Shown here piece by piece: positions 16,521-23,946 of a stretch of DNA of 32,000 nt. The position numbers and the translations under genes were made by a program. This stretch comes from Acaryochloris thomasi RCC1774 (lineage in GTDB: Bacteria; Cyanobacteriota; Cyanobacteriia; Thermosynechococcales; Thermosynechococcaceae), in the NCBI RefSeq assembly GCF_003231495.1, contig NZ_PQWO01000028.1:1-32000 (forward strand). The letters run 5' to 3'. The notes below the pieces were generated by a model, which was not told the DNA's origin, did not search any database, and saw only the letters and a list, made by a program, of their open reading frames with translations. How positions within the stretch are numbered: the stretch's first letter is position 1; every line of letters begins with the position of its first letter.

Positions 16521-17128
16521 TTTTTATACTCTGCTAAAAGCTGTACTTTCTCGCACCCGATATCACAGTTCACCCAGATAAAGGGCGATCCGTTGAATAG
16601 TCGATTCGCCATAGCCAGAATGTTAGGGCGGAGGAGGATGTGGGCTGATATCCCACAGGAAGTTAGATTTGGGGCCGCAATAACGGCGCTTGATGTCTCA
16701 GGCTGATTGGGGCCATCGACTGACTTTAAGTATGCAGTGGGGCGAACACAAGTTCAAGCCCACAGAACGATTAAGACTGAGAAGGGCCTCAATATCGAGA
16801 GGTAAGATGATAGCCATCAACACAGCGCCTGCCTCCTCAACAGAATCAGTACTCAACCACCGCACAAATATTGCACATCAGCTTGAGTAAAATTTGGCGT
16901 AGCGCTGGAGACAGCGTCTAGCCCCTCAATTACAACAGAGCGCGAGGAATATAACTTCTATAGAGCAGTGAAAATACTGTACAAGAAGTGTTGCGTTGGG
17001 ATCTGGTTGAAAAATATCGCCCAGACCGATAAGGATGGGGCGATCCTCCCTAGCGCCACGGCTTGAAGACCGTCTTCTAGATTTCTTCATCTGCTGTTTG
17101 GTACTTAGCCAGTTAATGGATTGTTGCC

Positions 17129-17554
17129 ATGAAGCCATTCCCCAAGAGCGACGTCAAATCTGATGCCTATTTATGGGCGCTCTCCCAAGCCTCAGACGCG
17201 AGGCTTGGGTCAGGTGCCAATCACTGGCAGAAAGCAGAGAGACTGCACTATTGCTCTGATTTGCTCAACGAGATCGCCCACCACTACCACCTCTATGCAG
17301 AACTGTATGCAAGACAAGGCAATCTGACCAAGACTCAAGACTGTCTGGCAAAGGCCCAGGATTTGCAAGCGATCGCAACCCATAGCCACAGATCTGAGCG
17401 ACGGGAGTGGCAACTAGCCCACCAGGCAAAGCAATCGGCTCAGCAGTCTCAAAGCCTGATTCAACAGGGATTTCTGCGGATGGCTACGGTCTATCTAGTC
17501 GGTTGTTTATCGGTGATTATACTGGGCGCAAGAATGCTTTTTTATACACAATAG
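17129..17554 (+). CDS. Hypothetical protein with C-terminal TM segment
   Basis: This is a 141-aa ORF with no motif I recognise. It ends in the hydrophobic MATVYLVGCLSVIILGARMLF. Coding status is uncertain. Confidence 0.3.
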   Translation: MKPFPKSDVKSDAYLWALSQASDARLGSGANHWQKAERLHYCSDLLNEIAHHYHLYAELYARQGNLTKTQDCLAKAQDLQAIATHSHRSERREWQLAHQAKQSAQQSQSLIQQGFLRMATVYLVGCLSVIILGARMLFYTQ

Positions 17555-17610
17555 GCGGTACAACGTTGGATGAGCCCAGCGATGGTTTAGCGTACCCGAG
17601 CGCTGCTGAT

Positions 17611-18822
17611 TTAGGCTTCGGCAGGGGAAGGCGTTAAGAGAATCAACTGCTGTCGGTGCAGCGATCGCACAACCTCTAGGCTACTGTCGATTTCCTGGAG
17701 CAGCTCACCCACGCTTTTCAGCGAGTTTTGATTGCCGTCACAGATCAGCAAGAAGTCCCATTCTGATGGCTCTAGCTTGATGAGGTCGTAATTAGGCCCG
17801 AAGAACTGGGGACTGTCGCGCCAGTGCTCTAAACAGGGGCTCGGTTCAGGGATGGCCCGCAGGAGCTGTTCATCAATAGTCCAGGTCTGCTGAGGCAGGG
17901 GGGATCGAGCCAGGAAAAATTCGTAGTGTGAGATGGCGGAGGGATCTAAAAGCTCGATCAGGCGATAGGTTTGGCGATCGCTGAGGGTCTGCGCCCGTTC
18001 TAAAAGGTCAGGCGCTCTGCTGATCAGCCGGTTTAAATCCCAAACGCGAGGATTAGAAAAACCAATAAACTCAAGCCCAGAGGCATCAATCAACTCGAAG
18101 AGCGTCGGGATGCTGTAGTCAATCTCTTGGGGATGAACGTACATATCGGCAAAGTAGCCGTCCCGATGGTTTTCCAATGACCAGCGCTCTTGCTCACGCT
18201 GACGCAGGCGGTTCTCGGCCGGCAAGGTCTCAAAGAGCTGCCGCCCCACTTGAACGCCATCTTGATAGTCGCCCCGCTGATCGCCCTGCAAAAGTGCGAT
18301 CGCCTCTTGCATCAGCTTAATTTCCCAACGGCCCAGTTCGCCGTAGACGAAAATATGCATCAGGCCCCCAGGCGCCAGCTTCTGCGCCAGAGCCTGCAGA
18401 CCCCGGATCGGATCTGCAGTATGGTGCAGCACGCCGACGCAGTTGATCAAATCAAACTGCCCCGGCAATTGTGCCACATCAAACAAGCTAAGGGGATGGA
18501 ATTGAGCACGCTCAGCTCCTGACTTCTGGCAGCGCGCTTGGGCCACCGCCAGTGCCTCAACACTTAAGTCAATCCCCACCACCTCAGCGGTGGGGTTCAG
18601 GTGCACAAGATACTCTGTCCCCACCCCCGTACCGCACCCTGCATCCAGAATCCGAACATTTTGCCGGGCAGGCTTTTGCCCTGTGCAAAAGTGATAGGCC
18701 GTCAGCCAATTCCACCGCCAGTTATGGCCGGGTGGGGGATGATCTAACAGAGGTTCTGGTGGAAAGGGATAGGTATTATAGAGCTGCGCAACGGCCGCAC
18801 TCACGGAAGACACGTCAGACAT
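17611..18822 (-). CDS. cpcM: Class I SAM-dependent methyltransferase, probably phycobiliprotein beta-Asn72 methyltransferase CpcM
   Basis: YNTYPFPPEPLLDHPPPGHNWRWNW is followed by ILDAGCGTGVGTEYL (SAM motif I) and FDLINCVGVLHH. The size of about 403 aa and the position directly after cpcC and cpcD fit CpcM. The start ATG at 18822 overlaps the upstream stop (TAATG). Confidence 0.65.
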   Translation of the reverse strand: MSDVSSVSAAVAQLYNTYPFPPEPLLDHPPPGHNWRWNWLTAYHFCTGQKPARQNVRILDAGCGTGVGTEYLVHLNPTAEVVGIDLSVEALAVAQARCQKSGAERAQFHPLSLFDVAQLPGQFDLINCVGVLHHTADPIRGLQALAQKLAPGGLMHIFVYGELGRWEIKLMQEAIALLQGDQRGDYQDGVQVGRQLFETLPAENRLRQREQERWSLENHRDGYFADMYVHPQEIDYSIPTLFELIDASGLEFIGFSNPRVWDLNRLISRAPDLLERAQTLSDRQTYRLIELLDPSAISHYEFFLARSPLPQQTWTIDEQLLRAIPEPSPCLEHWRDSPQFFGPNYDLIKLEPSEWDFLLICDGNQNSLKSVGELLQEIDSSLEVVRSLHRQQLILLTPSPAEA

Positions 18823-19259
18823 TAGGCCGGAGACACGTCCACAACCCGATTTCCGCGCTGATTGAGTCGCTGCAGGGTAGACGAGAGCTGTCCCCGAGAA
18901 ACAACGCATTCGTTCATGCTGCGCCGCACCTGCGGCGTGCCGGGACGACCTGACTGCGCAAACCGCACCCGATAGAGGGACTCCTGATTCGGCGCAAAGG
19001 ACCGCAGTGCTTTTTTGCGCGTCTTACCCACGGGGGTGCTGCCGTCCAGCGGGCGGATGCTGACGATTTTGCCGCCCAGACGACTAATGCGCTGCATCTC
19101 TTCATTCATGCGGCGATAGGGAACCTTCAGCAAGACGGCGCTATCCCGAATCTCATGGCTGTTGCCTTCAGTTTGGTCGTTTTGCCGCAGTCCTTCGACT
19201 TCGTAAATAAAGACGCGACTGTTGGCAGAAGATGGGGCACTCTGGAATTTTCCTAGCAT
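18822..19259 (-). CDS. cpcD: Two-domain CpcD-like small rod linker (tandem CpcD/PF01383-like domains)
   Basis: Domain 1 is SRVFIYEVEGLRQNDQTEGNSHEIRDSAVLLKVPYRRMNEEMQRISRLGGKIVSIRPL, a typical CpcD. Domain 2 is SLYRVRFAQSGRPGTPQVRRSMNECVVSRGQLSSTLQRLNQRGNRVVDVSP. It resembles the C-terminal domain of CpcC (RMYRIEVTG...[34 protein letters not shown]). The start is taken as MLGKFQS at 19259. Confidence 0.75.
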   Translation of the reverse strand: MLGKFQSAPSSANSRVFIYEVEGLRQNDQTEGNSHEIRDSAVLLKVPYRRMNEEMQRISRLGGKIVSIRPLDGSTPVGKTRKKALRSFAPNQESLYRVRFAQSGRPGTPQVRRSMNECVVSRGQLSSTLQRLNQRGNRVVDVSPA

Positions 19260-19263
19260 GGCT

Positions 19264-20145
19264 CTATTCTCCTGTGCTGCAGGCAAGGGTAACGCTGGCG
19301 ACTTTGCCGCCTCTTTTCTTAATTTGCTGCAGGGTGCTGTAAAGCTGCTCGTAGGGCACCACGAATTCTTGGTTGCTGCGCCGCACTTTGGGATAGCGCT
19401 GCAGACTGAAGCCAGTCACTTCAATGCGATACATGCGGGAGTTGGAAGCAGCAGGCTGAAAGGTGCGAGCCGGGGTTGTGCCCTTCTCAGCGGGCTGATA
19501 AGACCAGCCAGCCGTGTCACCGCTTGAAGGCGGCATGATGCTAGCAGCACTATTGGTGGCTAGGCCAGTGGCCAGACAAGACTTGGTCCCTGAAAGCTGG
19601 GCGCGATCGCTATTGGCATAGCCGCGATACAGCTGAAAAAAGCGGGTAAACCCAACGGTTTGCTGACCGGCACCGGTGGTCACTAAGTCGCAGTAGTAGG
19701 GAACAATGGCGTCGCCAAACTTCCGGTCATACTCCGCCGAATCAAGATAGGAATCGATATCAGCGTCAAACCCCTCATTCTGATAGCGATCAAGGTGCTC
19801 AATCACTTCAGATTCGTCGTAGGGGGCCCGACCCAACAAATGCTTGCAGTTCAGTTCAATCACCCGCGTGTGGAAATGAGGGTAAAGAAATTTGGTCTTG
19901 TAAATCTCAGATTTAGCCAGCCCTCGAACAAAGTCTCGGACGCTAATTTGACCGCCAATCAGGAGCGATTCCAGATCGCCTTGACGATCTGACTGCATCA
20001 AATAGTCGTTGCCTAAAATCTGACGATAGATAGCACGAATGACGACTTCGGCCTCTTTTTGGGTCGCGTTGGGCCGCAGCTCAACGGGTTTTGTTTCGTT
20101 GAAGGCCCGTGCCCCCAGACGAGACGCAGTAGTGGTAATGGCCAC
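19264..20145 (-). CDS. cpcC: Phycocyanin-associated rod linker CpcC (PBS-linker domain + C-terminal CpcD domain)
   Basis: The GTG start at 20145 gives (M)[10 protein letters not shown]..., the canonical CpcC N terminus, with AGGAG 9 nt upstream. The sequence continues [16 protein letters not shown]...[17 protein letters not shown]...[16 protein letters not shown]...IVPYY, plus the C-terminal CpcD-like domain. Confidence 0.9.
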   Translation of the reverse strand: MAITTTASRLGARAFNETKPVELRPNATQKEAEVVIRAIYRQILGNDYLMQSDRQGDLESLLIGGQISVRDFVRGLAKSEIYKTKFLYPHFHTRVIELNCKHLLGRAPYDESEVIEHLDRYQNEGFDADIDSYLDSAEYDRKFGDAIVPYYCDLVTTGAGQQTVGFTRFFQLYRGYANSDRAQLSGTKSCLATGLATNSAASIMPPSSGDTAGWSYQPAEKGTTPARTFQPAASNSRMYRIEVTGFSLQRYPKVRRSNQEFVVPYEQLYSTLQQIKKRGGKVASVTLACSTGE

Positions 20146-20389
20146 GAATAACGCTCCTTTAATCAAAGAAAGTAGGCTGAAACGCCGATCACAGATGACA
20201 AGGCGACAGGCATTGGTGTTCAGCGCCACCAAGCTAGCCCCCAATGAGCACCGTCAAACGGCTCATGGGAACGGCACCGTCAAAGACAGCTTCTCTCCGT
20301 CACTTTGTAAGTCTTGTGTCTGAGCGGCACCCTGACTAGGCAGACGTCTCAGAAGGCTTGCAGCACTGCCCACATTAAAGCAGTCCAAT

Positions 20390-20407
20390 TGTGCATTTTT
20401 TGTGCAA
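20390..20407 (-). promoter_or_regulatory. L-box-like OmpR-class direct repeat (TTGCACA-N4-ATGCACA)
   Basis: The minus strand reads TTGCACA AAAA ATGCACA with 11-bp periodicity. It lies 245-262 nt upstream of the cpcC GTG, in the cpcC/hemH divergent intergenic region. Confidence 0.35.
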
Positions 20408-20456
20408 AATGGGGAATTAACGGCGCATTTGATCTCTGCGGCATGCATTCTAGAAG

Positions 20457-20499
20457 TTGAGGTCACACCCAGCGTTCAGAGCGCTGGGTGTGACCTCAA
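20457..20499. other. Orphan 18-bp perfect stem / 7-nt loop hairpin in the cpcC-hemH divergent intergenic region
   Basis: TTGAGGTCACACCCAGCG (20457-20474) is the exact reverse complement of CGCTGGGTGTGACCTCAA (20482-20499), with loop TTCAGAG. There is no flanking U/T tract on either strand and no upstream gene for it to terminate. Confidence 0.5.
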
Positions 20500-20730
20500 G
20501 AGGGAGCTGCAGGGCTGGAGAGCAAGCGGGGGCAAGCAACCGGCCTCTCAAGAAGTTTTGTTGCGTCTAGCATAAAGAAGGACTTAATCTGACCGTCTTC
20601 TTGGTACCGTTAAGCCTATACACCTACGGGTAATGACGCTTTCCAATCGACCGATTCAGCTCAGCAGACTGTTCTGCTTGCATTCTTTTGGAAGTGACAT
20701 GTACAGATAAATAAAAATAGAGGACTTGCT

Positions 20731-21894
20731 ATGGGGCGGGTAGGCGTTCTACTGCTCAATTTGGGAGGGCCAGAACGACCTCAAGATGTTCGGCCTTTTT
20801 TATACAATTTGTTTTCAGACCCAGAAATTTTGCGGCTGCCTGCACCTTGGCTGCAGGCTCCACTGGCTTGGCTCATTTCAACGCTGCGGTTTCAAAAGTC
20901 ACGGAAAAACTATCAAAAGATTGGGGGTGGTTCACCCCTGCGGCAGATTACGGAAGCGCAGGCTCTAGCGCTGCAGCGTCGTCTGCAAACGCAGGAACAA
21001 TCGATCAAGGTCTATGTGGGAATGCGATACTGGCATCCCTTTACCCAGGAAGCGATCTCACAGATCAAGCGTGACAACATCGAACGATTAGTGATTCTGC
21101 CTTTGTATCCGCAGTTCTCGATCAGCACCAGCGGCTCCAGCTTTCGAGAGCTAGAACGACTCTGGCAAGAAGATCCGCAGCTGCAGGACATTCAATATAC
21201 GGTGGTGCCCTCTTGGTACCACAACCCCACCTATATCCGGGCCATGGCGGCGTTGATTGAGAAGACAATGGCCCAGGTGGATGATCCACAGAATGTACAT
21301 GTTTTCTTCAGCGCCCATGGTGTCCCGGTTAGCTATGTGGAGGAGGCGGGGGACCCTTACCAGCGTGAAATTGAGGGCTGCGCGCAGCTGATCATGCAGG
21401 CGTTGAAAAGGTCTAATCCCTATACGCTGGCCTACCAAAGCCGCGTGGGACCCGTCGAATGGCTGCAGCCCTACACCAATGAAGCGATTCAAGAACTAGC
21501 CGACCAAGGAACCAAAGAGCTGGTGGTGGTCCCCATTAGTTTTGTCTCTGAACACATTGAAACCCTTGAAGAAATTGATATTGAATATCGCGAGGTGGCG
21601 CTGGAGGCCGGGATTAAAACCTTTGCCAGGGTGCCGGCCCCGGATACAGATCCTGTGTTCATTCAGGCGCTGGAGGAAATTGTGACGCAATCCCTGGAGG
21701 AGCCACCTACTTTTTTCTCGGAAACTGTGCGGCCGCAGAAAAGCGTCAAGCTCTATCCGCAGGAACGCTGGACCTGGGGCATTACGACGTCGGCGGAGGT
21801 CTGGAATGGACGGCTGGCAATGCTGGGCTTGGTGGCAGTTTTGGTGGAGGTTTGGATGGGGTTAGGCCCCTTTCATTTATTAGGATTTATGTAG
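20731..21894 (+). CDS. hemH: Ferrochelatase with C-terminal CAB/LHC-like helix
   Basis: The sequence reads [11 protein letters not shown]...[15 protein letters not shown]...[10 protein letters not shown]...LPLYPQFS...FSAHGVP. The C-terminal [14 protein letters not shown] is the chlorophyll-binding-like motif typical of cyanobacterial and plant ferrochelatase. Confidence 0.95.
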   Translation: MGRVGVLLLNLGGPERPQDVRPFLYNLFSDPEILRLPAPWLQAPLAWLISTLRFQKSRKNYQKIGGGSPLRQITEAQALALQRRLQTQEQSIKVYVGMRYWHPFTQEAISQIKRDNIERLVILPLYPQFSISTSGSSFRELERLWQEDPQLQDIQYTVVPSWYHNPTYIRAMAALIEKTMAQVDDPQNVHVFFSAHGVPVSYVEEAGDPYQREIEGCAQLIMQALKRSNPYTLAYQSRVGPVEWLQPYTNEAIQELADQGTKELVVVPISFVSEHIETLEEIDIEYREVALEAGIKTFARVPAPDTDPVFIQALEEIVTQSLEEPPTFFSETVRPQKSVKLYPQERWTWGITTSAEVWNGRLAMLGLVAVLVEVWMGLGPFHLLGFM

Positions 21895-22094
21895 AGGATA
21901 TCGCCTTTACCACTCTCATTGAGAGGCCAAAACGGCGGTGGAGCTACGTAAAATAAGTTAATGAAAAAATGAAACGAACTAGATTATTCTAGAGAGTCAG
22001 ATAGGTGGTTTAAATCATGCGCTGTTAATGCTTTGATTTGCGTAAACCCACTGCACCAGCTTTGCAAAAATTAGTCGTTTAACAAGAGTTTAGT

Positions 22095-22811
22095 ATGAGC
22101 ACTGACTTAGCAACTCAATTACGTGAAGGCACTAAAAAGGCGCACACGATGGCGGAAAACGTGGGCTTTGTAAAGTGCTTTTTAAAGGGCACGGTAGAGA
22201 AGAAGTCCTATCGACGGCTGGTGGAAGATTTATATTTTGTTTATTCAGCGCTGGAGGTCGAACTCAAGCGTCATCGAAATCACGATGTTATTTCGATGAT
22301 TTACTTTCCTGAGCTGAATCGAAAACAAAGTCTCGAATGTGATCTCAATTATTACTATGGTCCCAATTGGAAGGGGGAAATCGCGCCGTCTCCTGCGGCT
22401 CAAGCCTATGTTCAGCAAATAGAAAGGGTGTCGGAACAGGCACCAGAGCTGCTGGTGGCCCATTCCTATACGCGCTACCTCGGTGATTTATCGGGGGGAC
22501 AAATTCTTAAAAATATCGCGCAGCGAGCGATGCGGTTGGCCGATGGCGCCGGCACGGCTTTCTATGAATTCGATGAAATTTCGGATGAGAAAGAGTTTAA
22601 GTCGGTTTACCGGCAGGCGTTAGATAATTTGCCCATTGACCAAGCCGATGCAGAGCGCATTGTGGAGGAGGCAAATGCGGCTTTTGGCATGAATATGGCC
22701 ATGTTTAATGAGTTAGAAGGAAGTCTGATCGCGGCCATTGGTAAGATGCTCTTCAATACGTTGACCCAGCGACGGCCTCGCAAAAATACGGCGCTGGCGA
22801 CGGCGGAGTAA
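22095..22811 (+). CDS. ho1: Heme oxygenase 1
   Basis: LATQLREGTKKAHTMAENVGFVKCFLKGTVEKKSY...LYFVYSALE...AHSYTRYLGDLSGGQILK are canonical heme oxygenase motifs, including the proximal His. Confidence 0.95.
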   Translation: MSTDLATQLREGTKKAHTMAENVGFVKCFLKGTVEKKSYRRLVEDLYFVYSALEVELKRHRNHDVISMIYFPELNRKQSLECDLNYYYGPNWKGEIAPSPAAQAYVQQIERVSEQAPELLVAHSYTRYLGDLSGGQILKNIAQRAMRLADGAGTAFYEFDEISDEKEFKSVYRQALDNLPIDQADAERIVEEANAAFGMNMAMFNELEGSLIAAIGKMLFNTLTQRRPRKNTALATAE

Positions 22812-22866
22812 GGTTGGGTCTCAAGATGGCGCTACGGCTAATACTCTTTCCTCTAGGCAAGCGGCG

Positions 22867-23478
22867 ATGACTCACAATACGGATATAGCGACGCTGGCAA
22901 GATGGATGGCGGGAGATTTTAGTAATCAAGAGCAGGCTTTTGAAAATCCGCCGTTCTTTGCCCACATTCGGGTTTGTATGCACCCCCTTGCGCTAGATGA
23001 TCTTGATGCGGGCGTTAGCTTCTATCTGGAGCAGGCCTATGATTATCAGCTCCAGCATCCCTATCGGACGCGGGTGTTGAGTCTGATGCCACAAGATGAC
23101 TGCATTATCATCCGAAACTATCGGTTGAATGATGCAGAAAAGTTTATAGGGGCGGCGCGGCAGCCGGAACGACTCGACTCCCTCGCTCCTGAGGATCTAG
23201 AGGTCATGGAGGGCTGCAACATGGTTGTCCAGTGGCAAGATGACCGATTCAAAGGAAGGGTGGAGCCGGGAAAGGCATGCCGGGTCGTACGCAAGGGCAT
23301 GACGACGTACCTCGATAGTACGTTCGAAATTGATGAAAAAAGGATGCGTAGCTTCGACTGCGGGAGAGATCCGGAAACGGACCAGAGAGCATGGGGTTCG
23401 GTGGCGGGGCCCTTCCAGTTCCAACTCACTCAAAGGTTCCACTTTGAAAATAAAAACAATATGGTGAACATTGTATAA
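22867..23478 (+). CDS. cpcT: Phycobiliprotein bilin lyase CpcT/CpeT (T-type)
   Basis: LARWMAGDFSNQEQAFENPPFFAHIRV...FYLEQAYDYQLQHPYRTRV...GCNMVV...GRVEPGKACRVVRKGMTTYLDSTFEI...RDPETDQRAWGSVAGPFQF matches the CpcT family pattern. Confidence 0.85.
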   Translation: MTHNTDIATLARWMAGDFSNQEQAFENPPFFAHIRVCMHPLALDDLDAGVSFYLEQAYDYQLQHPYRTRVLSLMPQDDCIIIRNYRLNDAEKFIGAARQPERLDSLAPEDLEVMEGCNMVVQWQDDRFKGRVEPGKACRVVRKGMTTYLDSTFEIDEKRMRSFDCGRDPETDQRAWGSVAGPFQFQLTQRFHFENKNNMVNIV

Positions 23479-23510
23479 TCAATATATACACAATAAATAT
23501 ACGCCATACT

Positions 23511-23882
23511 CTATCTATACAGGGACCACGCAATAAAACGCTCTACTGTGTATAGCGCTAGCTGGTTGCTCGCTCCGTTGAACACACTGTCAAACGAATG
23601 GCCCGCCCATGGTATCTCTATATACACCGATACGTTGCCAAGGCCCTTAAGACGACGGTGAAGATGACGGCCATAACGAGATTCCACTAGCTGATCCCGA
23701 CTCCCATAAAGCAGCAATGTTGGAGGAAGACCTTCTGCAACATACGTCAATGGAGAGGCTCGACGATATAAATCTGGACGCTCAGAGGGAAGGCTACCTA
23801 AAAAATCCTCGAGGACCGAGCGCGTATCTATCGGATCCGGATCCGGGGGACGATACAGGCTTTTAAGGGAGGTAGAGTAAAG
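23511..23882 (-). pseudogene. alpha/beta-hydrolase (esterase/lipase-like) remnant, C-terminal part only
   Basis: The open frame runs from an upstream in-frame TAG at 23883-23885. It reads ...DTRSVLEDFLGSLPSERPDLYRRASPLTYVAEGLPPTLLLYGSRDQLVESRYGRHLHRRL...IPWAGHSFD. This is the C-terminal Asp/His part of an alpha/beta hydrolase. There is no N-terminal oxyanion or GxSxG region and no plausible start. Confidence 0.6.
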
Positions 23883-23946
23883 CTAGACAACATTCAATGA
23901 GATACGTATAGTAAATGGAATTATATACAGCCTAAAGGCTCAAGAC

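Noticed and set aside
16660-16790. A GGGGCCGC... start and a GTTCAAGCCC block suggesting a tRNA or tmRNA
   Set aside because: I could not build a cloverleaf. The putative T stem would enclose a 17-nt loop, and there is no acceptor stem pairing or CCA-adjacent complement.
16926-17138. A 70-aa minus-strand ORF overlapping the start of 17129-17554
   Set aside because: It has no motif and no ribosome-binding context I could see, and its composition (an RRRSSSR run) is atypical. I left it unannotated.
20457-20499. The 18-bp inverted repeat as the protelomerase target (tel site)
   Set aside because: Known resolvase substrates are continuous, AT-rich-centred palindromes. This one has a 7-nt asymmetric centre and GC-rich arms, lies 3.5 kb from the gene, and fits an RNA hairpin equally well. 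I kept it only as an orphan hairpin.
23895-23935. ATACGTAT and AGCC-taaa-GGCT mini-palindromes just upstream of the protelomerase start as a tel site
   Set aside because: The symmetry is only 8 bp and 4 bp, far shorter than any known resolvase substrate and expected by chance in AT-rich DNA.
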